From Carcharhinus amblyrhynchos (taxonomy: Eukaryota), in NCBI GenBank assembly GCA_965287045.1, contig OZ336885.1, positions 62,124,001 through 62,188,000 on the forward strand: a stretch of DNA of 64,000 nucleotides, written 5' to 3'. Each line of letters opens with the position of its first letter. The stretch's first letter is position 1. The notes beneath the pieces were generated by a model. It was given only the letters and a program-made list of their open reading frames with translations. It made no database searches and was not told where the DNA came from. The translations under genes and the position numbers were made by a program. Shown here piece by piece: positions 50,831 through 64,000 of the stretch.

Positions 50831-51829
50831 AAACAACAAGACTTAAGTTGACTTACAAAATTAGAAAATTAATTATGAAAAGAAAAAAAAGTTCCAAACC
50901 AGTGAAGCCTTCCACTCCCTGAGCTGACGTGTTTTGGACGTAGGTGCAATTGAAGCTTTCATCAGACCGTTGGCTGAAAATTTTGATTTGGAAGGAAATG
51001 TTGCAGTGGAAGAGAGAATGCAATAATTTGTAAGTGATTCACATGTGGGGAGCTTAACCAAAGCAGCAGTACTGAATGTTCTTTTTTTTCTTACATAAAC
51101 AATACTATACTGTTTGAAATGCATCCACAATGTCAGCTCCGAGAATGCATACTGTTACACTGACGTAGATGTGCCTGCGTTTCCAGTACTCTTTGCCAAA
51201 ATATGCTCATTTTAATATAAGTTTATTTTATGACCGTACTATTAGAACTGATTACCGTTGATGAATGGCAAATCAGGACTGATGTTTAATATATTGAACA
51301 TAACGCAAAATTATGGAAGGTTTAATTGGGTCTTGTGCGATAAGATATACTGAGTGAATCAGTCATCTTTCTGCATCGCCAGAATTCATACCTGATTTCA
51401 AGCAACACTGACGTATTTCAATCATATTTAATGCTTCTTCGTAACGTTAATTATATGACATAACTCCATAAGTTAAAAAAAATGTAAAGTTGGTCAAGTT
51501 CACTGCATCATTGAATCAATGCAGGAAACAAATGATACAAATTGTCGAACATGGAATGTGAAAGAAAAGTTACACTTAAAGAGTTACAATTCCAGTGCTA
51601 CAATGATTTTATTTATTTTGCTCACAGTTCGACAAACATTGAAGCTCAAATTCCATGTATCCACCTTTCTAAAGTACAGCGTTGTGATTTTGTAATACTT
51701 TGGGGATTTTTTTTTTCTTGTCGATTCTATTAGAAGTTGAACCAGAAAAAAAATCTCAAAAATGTTTGAAATTTAGAAACGGAATTTGGCATTGGCCTTG
51801 GCCGCGTTTTTTCTTTACTTACTCGTGTT

Positions 51830-52105
51830 AAAGTAAGCCTACATTAACACTGCAATGAATTCACTGTGAATATCCACTCGTCACCCCATCCCGGCTCCTG
51901 TTCGCATACTTTGAAAGACATGTTGGCATGAAAAATGCACCTATTCCTCACGTCTTTTGAACTGTTGGAGGAAATCAGAGGACTTGGAGGAACGCCTCTC
52001 AGACAAGGGGAGAACGTGCAGAATCCCCAAAGAAGTGCGTAAATGGTAGCTGGGCCCCTGCCGCATTGAGCTAGCAGTGCTAAGGACTGTACGACTGTAC
52101 GCCCC
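51830..52105 (-). mobile_element. V-SINE (alternative tail)
   Basis: agcctacattaacactgcaatgaa tail, ggggagaacgtgcaga V-domain and gcagtgctaa...tgtacgccc head. Confidence 0.85.
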
Positions 52106-53097
52106 GAACTTATCTGCCGAAAGCGAATTAATATTATTTGAATTAGGAAGAACAACAATGGAAGTATCCTTTTATTAACGAGTTCGAATTGATCAACACA
52201 TTATTTCGTTGCTGAATAGCTCAGATTCCTTGAATTGATTTTGGAATTTGTCATCAAATGGGAGAAAATAAACGCAGCTTAATGGATAAAACTGCGTAAA
52301 TAAATTGAGTTACTTTGAATAGTTTGCGTGCATAATAACTTTCTGCTCCATTCACTGTGGTATTGTATTTTATTAAATGATTGTATTATATTGTATGCTA
52401 TTAAATAAGGCAGAATGGGTGCACCTTAACCGATCTACAGATGTCCTGAACGTTTCAGTAAAATTTGAATATTTCAGGTGATGGGCTACAAGATTTTGAA
52501 ATTGCTAAACGCAATTTTTTGACTTCAGTATTGCCTGCTGATTTAGTGTTGACAAAGTTGAAGAAAGCAAACGATTTTTCCTGGATACAATGAAACATTT
52601 TTGTGGCAATTCCTAGGCCTACGGGAGAACAAGGCCTTGATAGGTTATGAAAGTTGACGAAGTGGAATAATTCCCCAAGATTTTTCGATTATAGTTCCAT
52701 CGCTTCATTGAAGTATACGTCTGGAGTGAAAGAAGAACATCAGGAGGTGAGGTAGTCCCTGTGACAATACAAAGAGAGGTGGATTTGAATTTCATGCCTG
52801 CTGATGTAATACAGCAAAGCCCAGATTTCTTTCGTATTGAGCTGGGAGAAGTATTGCAATACAGCCGTGGAATGAGCATTGACTTGGGTGTCGATGAAGG
52901 TAGATAACTTGCAGCTCAGCGTTGAATTTGACATTTCGTGCTGTCACAATGCTATGAATCTAAACATTGTCTGAAATGTTTTGATTTTTCAACCATGTAG
53001 AAAATGTAAACAGCATGAAACAACTAACGTAAATAAGCAGTGCAATTTGGGTAACTCTCCCCAGATATTTCAGTGTTCCGATGTGGGCATCCAGGTA

Positions 53098-53400
53098 GAC
53101 GGGTGGCACAGCGTTATCACAGATACAGGGACTTGGATTCAATTCTCACCTCATGTAACATCATCTGTGGAACATGCACGGTTTCTGCTTTCCGCCCAGC
53201 ATCAAAAGGTCTGGAGTTTAAATGGATTCGGCATGTAACCTGTCTATTAAAATCGCAGCGTTCTTAGATTAAAGGGATTTGTGGGATAAATGAGCAGTGA
53301 TATGAGCATAGGATGAAATTTGGTCTTGGGTATAACGTTCTTTCAGGAAGTCGGTGCAACCCGAAATGGAGAATGGGCTCCTCTGAATTGTAGACATTTG
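53098..53400 (+). mobile_element. Degenerate HE1-like SINE
   Basis: ggtggcacagcgttatcac...ggacttggattcaattc head and gtcggtgcaacccgaaatgg...ctcctctgaattgtag CR1-like tail. Confidence 0.7.
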
Positions 53401-53669
53401 ACGTTCTTAGGTCCTAGGTGCAGACGTACAGGAATCAAAGTGGTATTGTCGTGGGCGCAACATCGCATGCTATACAAACGTCAGACGCATGCTTGACTCA
53501 AGTAATATGATTGAATGTTTACCATCCAAATTCCCTTCAAAAATCAAATACAAATGCATTGAACAAAAAGCTTTTAAATATATATTGAGTTTTTTTTTTC
53601 TCAAGTGAGGCTTGATAGCAATATAGAAACTAATGAATAAATTACTTCGAAGCAAGAAAAGGACATTTC

Positions 53670-54980
53670 TTATCCCAGCTTGCTCTGTCGTTCATGATGA
53701 TCATTGCGGATCATCCAATTCATTAGCATAATTCGACTACTCCAGTTCCTTTCGCCCAAAGGGCTACATCTAACTCCATCCTGAAAATATACGATATGTT
53801 GCCATCAGATACTTCCTATGTTAGCGAATTTCATAGGTGCGTCGTTCTCTGAGTGAATAAATACAACCTGGTCACAGTCTAAAATGATTTGCCCAATACC
53901 CTTAGACTCTGTTCCCTCATTATGAACACCTGCCAGTCTCCGTCTATCTTGTATTCTTATGTTGAAATTCGAAACGCTTCTTTAAGATGCGCCTCCTTCC
54001 TTTGGAATCACAGCAAATAAATCCCAGCTGATTCAATATTTCGTCATATTTCAGTCTTGCTATACACGAATCAGTCTGGTGATGTTTGGTGGACTCACGA
54101 GAAAATCTTTACTGAGGTAACGAGACCAGAATGGCACAAGATTCCAGGAGTGGCCTCAGTAAGGCCTTGTATAATAGAAGATGAATATATATGTTCCTAT
54201 ACTCAAACCTGTTCTCAACAGAAAAAAAAAACATATTGTAGCCTTCTTTCCCGCATGCATCCATTCAGGAATGATAAAATGAAAGCAAGGTCCCGTTGCA
54301 TATACCACTCCTAATTTATCATGTTTTGATCATTCATAATTTTGCTACAAATTTGGATAACCTCACATTCATCCACATCATATTCCACGTGCAATGTTTC
54401 TTTTTTCGCATTCAGCTTGTCCAATTTCCCTTCAGTATCCCACCCAATTCTATAGAATGTACAAATATGGAGGTGTTGCATTTGCGTCCTTTATCAGAAT
54501 CATTATTATATCTGGTCGACAACTGTGATCCAATCCAATGTTCTTTAACTTTACACATCTGTTCCTATGGTGTGACAATACCGAAAACCTGCTTTATGTC
54601 CAAGCCAGAAAAATCGACTGGCTCCCTCTCATCAGCTCGATCAGATATCTCCTCCGTCAATGTTAGATTGCATTTCAAGCATGATTTTATTTTGTTTTGT
54701 GAATCAGTGCTGATTCTGTCCAGTTCTTTCGTTTTGTTTTACATGCTCTGCTTTACGTACTTTGAAAACGACCTCTGGAATTTTCTTTTCTACTAATGTT
54801 AGTGTGACTGGTTTATCATTCTCTGTTTTGACATGGTCACAACTTGTTTAAAACCGTTCAGTTAATTTCATTACCCTCTAAGCTGCAGGGACTACTCTAG
54901 GGTTTATAGAACCCTGGAAGATAGATACGAATGTATATTTTATTTCTCGGGCCATTTCTTGAAGTGCACTGAGCTTACTA
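53670..54980 (-). mobile_element. Old CR1 LINE, degenerate
   Basis: ttgctctgtcgttcatgatgatcattgcggatc (3'UTR), ccagaatggcacaagattccaggagtggcctcag and aacctcacattcatccacatcatattcca are collinear with CR1. Confidence 0.7.
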
Positions 54981-57900
54981 CTTCATGAAATTTTACTGAT
55001 CCTCGATGAAGTTAATTTCCAAAACACCCTTTGTGAACTAATAATGATTTCCTTCAGTTCCTCGAAAATTTTACTGACATGCTTTTGAAATGAACATATC
55101 TTCAATCGTGCATTTTTCAAACATGAGATTACCGTTTTTATTTTTGCCATATTGGATGGCGTGCAGAACTTCGTCTGAAGGTCCACCGGGAAGAAAAGGA
55201 TCCATTCAAGTCTGTCATTATCAGAGCTTGGATCAAATAATTATCATTGGGCCTAAATAATTCAGGATAAGTCACGACGAACTGTGGAAATCGATATAAT
55301 TCATTTGTTATGCGTAAGAACTTCAGGTTAACTTAGCTTAGGGAGAATTATAACACCGTCTGCGCATTATATGTTCAGCATCTGCTGAATTTGTCTTTAC
55401 CTACGCTCATTCATGAGCAACATTTGGAAGAGAATTTGCTCCAATACTTGTAATTGAAATACGTGTGATGAAGCAGGTTCAAAATGGAAGATGGAGTGAA
55501 ACCAATATGGCACTCAAAGTATGTTATCGAATGTAATTAGTATAGTAGTCAGACTGATATGACTGAATGAAATGTAACCAATATAGTTGCCCATGTAACC
55601 CACCAAAGTTGGTATAGTAAACACGTATTAATGAATATAGACAGTAGCCTCCTGAGGAACACTGGACATTGTCCTGTTGTCCAGCTTAATACGTGACTAT
55701 AGCAAAAAGGAGAGTGAAATAAACACGTTTTCTTCACTAATTGATCTAAGTTAGCTCAACCACGATTATTGTATAAACATAATAGTTTAGATAAGGGCAG
55801 AGACTGGAACTACCATGGTTTCAAGGGCAAAGGGGTGTATTAATGAGGGGCCAATCTCAAGCAGGGTAGATAAAGGGCTAGCCCAGAAATAATAATGGCT
55901 AAAACAAGGAAATCCAAGGGTAAGATAAGAGTTCTGAGATATGGAGCTGTAATGTGCATAAAAAGACTGTAAGCAGAATGATTCATTGGATGGTTCCGGA
56001 CATCCCGGCTTTATTGTCTCGTAGTAGAGAATAAAGTCTACTGCTTGGAAGATCAAAACTCAGACTCTCTGTTCTAATCGGCTAAAATAATTTGTCGTCC
56101 TGGGGAACCACGACACACTGCCTTCAAAATATTTCTGTGTCTGTTTGGAGTAATATACTCAGGCATCCTAATATATTGCGTTGCTCATGCTTCAATCACG
56201 TATTTCTCCATTGTGCAACTTAAAAAAAAATCAGGATACCCTTGTTTTAGCAGTCATTACTATTGTATTTTCAATTTATTTAGCATACTTTCATTCGACT
56301 CGCACTAAATCACACATAGACTAAGATGGTGTGTCCAAAAGCTTTCAGAAACGTATTTACAACATATTCTTGGATTTTAAATATCTTACAATATTCCTGA
56401 TCAAATGTAATCAAGTTATATTTATCCAGCCGATATATATCTTACGTTTGTAGTCAAATTAATTTCAAAAATCTGGTGTATTCCTGAACGTTCAGTCGGT
56501 TTTGCCGCTCATTACCTCAGTGTTTGTTTCCATTATTTAGGATCCTTTGTCTTTATTCTCTACTCCAACCCTTGCCCTTTCACTTCTATTCGCCTTAGAA
56601 GAAAATGATTTCTGTTACGACCTCGGATACACTTTGCTTAGGTATGTTTCCACGGTGGAGAAGGACACACATCATTTGCAGATGGACCTCTGAATTTGTC
56701 AAAAAATGTAATGCTTAAAATGTACCATAAGTAACTACCAGTTGCTGTTTATAAATTCGTTAGTGTATTAGTACTCATTTGATTGTTCAAATTCACCTTA
56801 AATTTATTCATGAAGATTTTTTTTTGCGATTAATACATGCTTATGGATAAAGTAAATTATTTTGCGTGTTTGTTTCCTGCTTGAGTCACTAGTAGTACGC
56901 AGCACGGCAATTATTGTCTGATATAAATGACTGCTATTTCTGTTTTCTTCCTGCAATATAAAGATATTATTGTTGTATATATTTATATATATATATATAC
57001 GATACTGTCTCTGTTCTTTGTGCGTTACAAACGTCTCAGAGAAACAATTGCAAAGTATTGATGCAGCGACAATTTAAAGGTGATATTGAGGAGTGTGGAT
57101 TCTGGGACTTGTACATGCTCGTATTCGAATATATCTGTGTCCCTTGTCATTTTTTTTTCTGCAGCGCTTTCAGATTGGGAGGGTGAATGCATGCAGGTCA
57201 TTAGAATGCACCACTTCACTCAACAAGTTAACAGGTCATCAACTGATATGTCTGTTGCCTCCATATGCAATCTAATGGTTTTCCGTGTAAAGCAACTGTT
57301 TACATAGAAGAGAAGAAATAAATCAATGCCTGGCATGGGAGAAGGTGATTAGTTATTCCAGGCGATTCAAGGACTTCTATGGATTTCCAGTGATATAAAT
57401 GCATTTGCATGACATGATACCATTTGGACATAATATATAAGTCAGGGACCCAATAGCCTATTCATCAATTCAGCACGCATGTTGCTGGAGGAACAAAGGT
57501 CTGTGCTCCCCTTGATATTCGGACAGAAGTTTGCAGCCGTGCAACGCTTTAAAAGTCAACCGGAAATTCCATGCCCCCCCCCCCCCCCATTACTTTAAAC
57601 AATTGTGCCCCAATTACTCAAGCACATTCTTTTTGTTTTTTCTCTGGCGTATGTGGACTGTGATTTGTCACCTGGAAAACTTCAATGAATCACAGTATGT
57701 CAGCGCAGCTAAATTGAAGTCAGAACTCTAGAATAATTTATATTTTCCACAATAACTGTACTGCAGTCTTAATGTAATACGACCTGTAACACTAATCAAT
57801 AATTTTAAACTTTATAAGTTAGGCCCCGAGAATTACAAGACAATTGCGTCCAGGACCAAACACTGTAATCCATTCAGCAACAAACAAGCAAAGAAAAATT

Positions 57901-58359
57901 CATCCCTCCAACGCTGCTGCGAAGTCATTGCAGCACGAATAATCAGATTAATCTTCTAAAAACGTTTGCATTGCAAGGCGATGGCATCATGCACAGACTA
58001 TTTTGCAGCAGTAATAGAGGCCTTTTTGACAAGATGCTCCAATGAGGTGCACTTTGTGAATTGAAGAAATGCCAACCTAGTAGTATTTGTATTTATGATT
58101 TGTTTCAGAAAGAAAATGTTTTTGTTGTGTCCTTCTTCATAATTACCAGATTGTGCGGTTCAGGAACATCTTTTAACCGATAATATGTGTATTATCAGAG
58201 TTGGGCCCGTTTGCAAAGAAGTAATATGGCAATTACAGATCTGTGAACACTGGTTCGTGTAGCACATTCTTGCGTCTTAGGAGGATAGAAAGTTTCACGA
58301 AGGGGAAAAAAAAAATCCAGTGCTCCTCATTGTTCACATCGAATGGTGCACTATGCTAA

Positions 58360-58970
58360 ACACAGGAGCATAAGAAATAAGACATAGGAGCAGGAGTGGG
58401 CCATCTAGCCCTTCGAGCCTGCCCCGCCATTCAATAAGATCATAGCTGATCTGTCGTGGCTCAGTTCCACATTCCCGCCCTCTCCCCATAACCCTTAGTC
58501 CCCTCGCTTATCAAAAACCCATCAACCCGCGCCTTAAAAATATTTAGCGAGGCAGCCCCCACCACTTCAACGGGCAGAGAATTCCAGAGATTCACCACCC
58601 TTTGAGTGAAGAAGTTCCTCCACAACTCCGTTCTAAACCGCCCCCCCCCCCCCCCGCTTTATCTTGAGGCTGTGCCCCCTAGTCCTACTGTCCTTTCTGA
58701 GCGGGAAGAGCCTCTCCACTTCTATCCTATCCATCCCATTCATCATGTTATCTGTCTCAACGAGATCTCCCCTCATTCTTCTAAACTCTAACGAGTACAA
58801 GCCTAGTTTATTCAGCCTCTCCTCATAGCTCAACCCCCTCAACTCCGATATCAGCCCAGTAAACTTCCTCTGCCCTCCCTCCAAGGCCAAAATATCCTTG
58901 CGTAAGTGCGGCGACCAAAACTGCACACAATACTCCTGCTGCGGCCTCACCAAAACCCTATACAGCTGCA
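58360..58970 (-). mobile_element. Young CR1 LINE 3' fragment
   Basis: ORF LYRVLVRPQQEYCVQFWSPHLRKD; near-identical to 59858-60465. Confidence 0.95.
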
Positions 58971-59126
58971 AGTTTCATGAAAATTCCCTGGTAAAAGACC
59001 ATGAATGCATAACGCACATTCAGCCAGTCATTTGCAACATGTATTTATATTTTTCACAGCTGAACCTCAAAGACTCAGATTTATATAACGCCCATTGGAT
59101 ATTTATTTGGCTACAGTAATTGCCTT

Positions 59127-59167
59127 GGTAAATTATTCTGAGGGTTGAACCCACAGAATAATTTACC
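59127..59167. repeat. Near-perfect palindrome (20-bp arms, one mismatch)
   Basis: GGTAAATTATTCTGaGGGTT-g-AACCCaCAGAATAATTTACC. Confidence 0.95.
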
Positions 59168-59857
59168 GACGCACTTGCGAGCCAGTTCCAAGTCTGCATA
59201 AATAAAAATGAAATTTACCGATTGTCATTCTCTCATCAAAAACTCTTGTGCAAAACCGTTAAATCTCTGTCAATGTGCCGTTGAGGCTTTAACTGATAGG
59301 AACAATTTAACCCTTCATGAGTTATCACGAAATATCATAATATTTCAAAACTTGCAAGTTTGTGTCTCCACCCATCTAAGTTCTTTCCTGCGAGACAAAT
59401 GCCGGTTTGTCCCAGGTGACCTACAATACAGGACATGCTCTATTATATCACTGTTGCAAAATCCACAAAACATCATTTAATTCGTAACGTGGACTGATAA
59501 AATAAGGATGATTGATCCGATCCAGTTTTGTATTGAACAGATCATTAAAATGGTTCACTTTTTTCATCGATTCCTTGCTTAAATATCCTTAATGTTCCAG
59601 GTGTATTACTCGTGACTCTCAAAATTCTTTCAGCTCTCCCATAAAATAAAGTATATTTTTCCCGGGTTGTTTTTTTTTCTGCAAACACCTTTTAGTTGTA
59701 TTACTCTTGCTTTTTGCTATATTTCTTGCACTAAAAAAAAGATGCAATACCTCAAATACATGTGTTATCTGACACCAACCCAATAGCTGTCCATTCCTCA
59801 GAAGTACGTATGTTGACTATTATATCGTTCCAGAGATCTTGCATTTTCTGCGCCTTG

Positions 59858-61241
59858 AACATAAGAACATAAGAACATCAGAAATAGGAGCAGGAGTAGG
59901 CCATCTAGCCCTTCGAGCCTGCCCCGCCATTCAATAAGATCATGGCTGATCTGTCGCGGCTCAGTTCCACTTTCCCGCCCTCTCCCCATAACCCTTAATC
60001 CCCTCTCTTATCAAAAACCCATCAACCCGCGCCTTAAAAATATTTAGCGAGGCAGCCCCCACCACTTCAACGGGCAGAGAATTCCAGAGATTCACCACCC
60101 TTTGAGTGAAGAAGTTCCTCCACAACTCCGTTCTAACCGCTCCCCCTCCCTTTATCTTGAGGCTGTGCCTCCTAGTCCTCCTGTCTTTTTTGAGCGGGAA
60201 GACTCTCTCCACCTCTATCCTATCCATCCCATTCATCATCTCATATGTCTCAATGAGATCTCCCCTCATTCTTCTAAACTCTAACGAGTACAAGCCTAGT
60301 TTATTCAGCCTCTCCTCATAGCTCAACCCCCTCAACTCCGATATCAGCCTAGTAAACCTCCTCTGCACTCCCTCCAAGGCCAAAATATCTTCGCGCAGGT
60401 GCGGCGCCCAAAACTGCACACAGTACTCCAGCTGCGGCCTCACCAATGCCCTATACAGCTGCAGCAAGACCTCCCTACTTTTATATTCAATCCCCCTCGC
60501 TATGAAGGCCGGCATCCCATTCGCCTTCCTGACCACCTGCTGCACGTGCAAGCTGGGTTTTTGCGACTCATGCACAAGGACCCCGAGGTCCCTCTGCACC
60601 GTCGCCTGCTGCAGTTTTTCGCCACGTAAGTAATAGTCCTTCCTACCATTATTCCTACCAAAGTGGACCACCTCACACTTGCCAACATTAAATTCCATTT
60701 GCCATTTCCTGGCCCATTCGCCCAGCCTATCTAGATTCTTCTGCAGACTCTCCACACCCTCCGCACAATTTGCCGTTCCCCCAATCTTGGTGTCATCAGC
60801 AAATTTCGACACCCTACACTCGGTTCCCACCTCCAGATCATCTATATAAATGGTAAAAAGCTGAGGCCCCAGCACCGACCCCTGGGGCACTCCACTAGTC
60901 ACCTCCGCCAATCCGAATAGCACCCGCAGACCCCCACCCTCTGCCTCCTATTTGACAACCAATCCTCTATCCACGCTAACACCCTACCCCCAACTCCATG
61001 TCCCTCGACCTTCTGCAATAACTTCTTGTGAGGTACTTTGTCAAATGCCTTCTGAAAATCCAGAAAGACCACATCCACCGGCTCTCCTCTATCCACCGCC
61101 CGAGACACATCCTCATAGAACTCCAGTAGATTTGTCAGACACGACTTCCCTTTAATGAAATCTTGATGCGTCTGCTCTATCAAGCAATTCCCTTCAAGAT
61201 GCCTCGCAATTTCCTCCTTAATGACGGATTCTAACATTTTA
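59858..61241 (-). mobile_element. Young 5'-truncated CR1 LINE (RT and C-terminal region)
   Basis: ORFs 60899-61237 and 59961-60923 with [24 protein letters not shown]; (cataagaa)n tail. Confidence 0.97.
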
Positions 61242-62486
61242 CCTCGAAATTCAGTTCTGAACTGGAACGCTAACGCCAGTTAAATTTATTTAAATTGATA
61301 CTCTCCCAACATTGAGACATGATAAATAATTGTGTACAAAATCGTTCAAGTTGCAAATCAAGTATTTAGAAAGACATTTTTTTTCATCAGATTCATCCAA
61401 TTAAATTCAGTTTGTCATGAACGCAGTCCCCGACCCCTCCCACTTTTTTTTAGTCGGTTGTTGAAAACATCCTTTGACAACATTTATTGCATGTGATTCT
61501 CAAAAGAGAACTTGGCAGCAGGCACTCGCTTTTAAAAATCAGGTTTTCCATTCTTTATCTCATCATACCTCTCAGAGTGTCCTTCCTTCCTACCAGTCAT
61601 TATTACTTCTAAAATCTATCTGTCAAAAGTTATCAACCGAATTGAAATGTAGAAGGCAGTAATGGTTTCGAATCGGTTACTCTGCATTCCACAGTGAACA
61701 TGACCCGATCTGTGAAACATGGACAGTTTATTGCACCCTTTTACATCTCCCGATTTCAATTTCCTTCAGCAAGTTAGTGATGCGAATAATCCTAACTGGC
61801 AAACGCATCAGTCCTTTCTAAAGTGAGAATTTACCGCAGCAATTAACAGTTTTTTTTCGTAACCCCGCTTACCAATTGCGATATCACTGCGTCAACTGAT
61901 ATCTTGCCAGAATCATCACCTTTTGGGAAATAAAAACGCAAATTGTTTAATCTGCATTGCAGCCGATACAGCCACATGCAGCATCTTAAAATACGGGGTT
62001 GCATTTAGCGTGCCAGGAGAAAAAAAAAACACACAATTTTTTGGTGCTACAAAATGTCCATGCCGATCTTTCTTTTCTTTTCAAGTTTCACTTCTCGACT
62101 CAGCACATACACTTTCGAATCCATCAACATTTTCCCTCTTTTTCATGTACTGTCCCGAACCTGATTTCTTTCATTAAACTTCCCAAGATCACAACGCTAC
62201 TGATCTCTAGCATTGCTTCATTTTCCCCATATGTGTGCTCATTCCGCATATTTCTACTTTGTGTCGACATACAAAAGTCACCAGAAGAGGCTGCACAACC
62301 ATTTATTTGTTAATTATCTAGACAAGTTCCATGCATTTATAGCCAACTCTAGACTATGCCACCCGTCTAGCATCACAATCTCGGGTTTATGGGAGAAGTG
62401 AATAATTGTACACCAAGGATGGAATTTGTGAATATTGTCAGGAATGTCTGAGGAGTTATTGTCTTTGATGTGGAGGGAGCACTGTA

Positions 62487-64000
62487 GCCAACTAGAGGTG
62501 AGGCTATATTGGATTTGGTGCTGGGAAATGAGCCAGACCAGGTGCTAGACTTGGAAGTTGGTGTGCATTTTGGTGATAGTGCCCACAATTCGGTTACGTT
62601 CACCTTAGAGATGGAAAGGGATAGGCACGAACCTCGGGTCAGTGGTTTTAGCTGGGGGAAGGGTAATTATGAGACTATTAGGAGAGAATTAGGAAGCATA
62701 GGTTGGACTAGGAGATTACAGGGACTGGGAACGTCCGAAATGTGGAGTTTTTTCAAGGAGCAGCTACTGCGAGTCCGTGATAGGTATGTCCCTGTCAGGC
62801 AAGGAGGAATTGGTAGGGCTAGGGAACCGTGGTGCACCAAAAAAGTTGATTCGTTGGTTAAAAGGAAAAAGGAGGCTTATGTTCGGATGAGACGTGAGGG
62901 CTCGGGTAGTGCACTAGAAAACTTTAGATTGGCTAGGAGGGAGTTGAAGAGTGAGCTAAGAAGGGCTAAAAGAGGACATGAGAAGACTTTGGCTGATAGG
63001 GTTAAGGAGAATCCTAAGGCGTTCTATAGGTATGTCAAGAACAGACGGTTGATTAGGGCAAGATTAGGGCCAGTTATAGACAGCAGAGGGAAGTTATGTG
63101 TGGAACCGGAGGAGACTGGAGAGGCATTGAACCAATATTTCTCTTCGGTGTTCACGCAGGGGGACATGGATATAGCTGAGGAGGACACTGGGTTGCAGGG
63201 GAGTAGAATTGACAGTGTTACAGTTGATACGGAGGATGTGCTGGATGTTCTGCATGGTCTGAAAATAGATAAGTCCCCTGGTCCGGATGGGGTTTGCCCC
63301 AGGATTCTCTGGGAGGCAAGAGAAGTGATTGCAGAGCCTCTGGCTCTGATGTTCAGGTCGTCGTTGGCCTCTGGTATAGTACCGGAAGATTGGAGGTTAG
63401 CGAATGTTGTCCCATTGTTTAAGAAGGGGAACAGAGACTTACCCGGGAATTATAGACCGGTGAGTCTCACTTCTGTTGTGGGCAAGGTTTTAGAAAAAAA
63501 ATTATTAGGGATAGGATTTATAGTTATTTGGAGAGTAATGAATTAATTGGAGATAGTCAGCATGGTTTTGTGGCGGGTAGGTCGTGCCTTACTAACCTTA
63601 TTGAGTTTTTTGAGAAAGTGACCAAAGAGGTGGATGGGGGTAAGGCAGTGGACGTGGTGTATATGGATTTTAGTAAGGCGTTTGATAAGGTTCACCATGG
63701 TAGGCTTCTGCAGAAAATGCAGATGTATGGGATTGGGGGTGATCTAGGGAATTGGATCAGGAATTGGCTAGCGGATAGGAGACAGAGGGTGGTGGTTGAT
63801 GGTAAATATTCATCATCGAGTTCGGTTACGAGTGGTGTGCCTCAGGGAACTGTTTTGGGGCCACTGCTGTTTGTAATTTTTATAAATGATCTGGATGATG
63901 GTATAGGTGGGTGGATTAGTAAATTTGCTGATGACACCAAAGTCGGAGGTGTGGTAGATAGTGAGGAAGGGTGTCATAGTTTGCAGGAAGACTTAGACAG
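62487..64000 (+). mobile_element. Young CR1 LINE ORF2 (end of endonuclease to RT), runs off window
   Basis: [40 protein letters not shown]. After one frameshift at the A8 run (63494-63501) the frame is open through DFSKAFD, VPQG and FADD. Confidence 0.97.

Noticed and set aside
52690-52900. Possible L2/Crack-like LINE fragment (also CR1-like traces at 55800-56120)
   Set aside because: Similarity is too weak to call by eye.
54296-54796. 166-aa + strand ORF
   Set aside because: It is antisense to a decayed CR1 and has no protein features.

Overview
This is non-coding vertebrate DNA, almost certainly from a cartilaginous fish (shark). The inference rests on HE1/V-type SINEs, HER1/CR1-like LINEs, shark-type Penelope termini and PIF/Harbinger elements. 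No intact host gene is recognisable, and nearly all listed ORFs are chance or transposon-derived. The main object is a full-length but heavily decayed endogenous retrovirus (about 12369-20220, + strand). It has two LTRs only about 76% identical, a 5-bp TSD, a Ser-like PBS, gag with two zinc knuckles, pro-RT-tether-RNaseH-IN with class III/snakehead-retrovirus-like motifs, and a gamma-type env. Other elements are a Gypsy pol relic, many CR1 fragments (three of them young), a Rex1/Babar fragment, Penelope pseudo-LTRs with a decayed hammerhead core, a Harbinger MITE and a 3.2-kb Harbinger carrying a Myb/SANT pseudogene. The main unexplained signals are a perfect back-to-back double hairpin (38282-38361) that is formally a nicked dumbbell, further near-perfect palindromes, a transversion-rich and homopolymer-rich decay pattern, and a tentative chain of minus-strand exon-like blocks. 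All family assignments come from motif recognition by eye, and boundaries of old elements are approximate.
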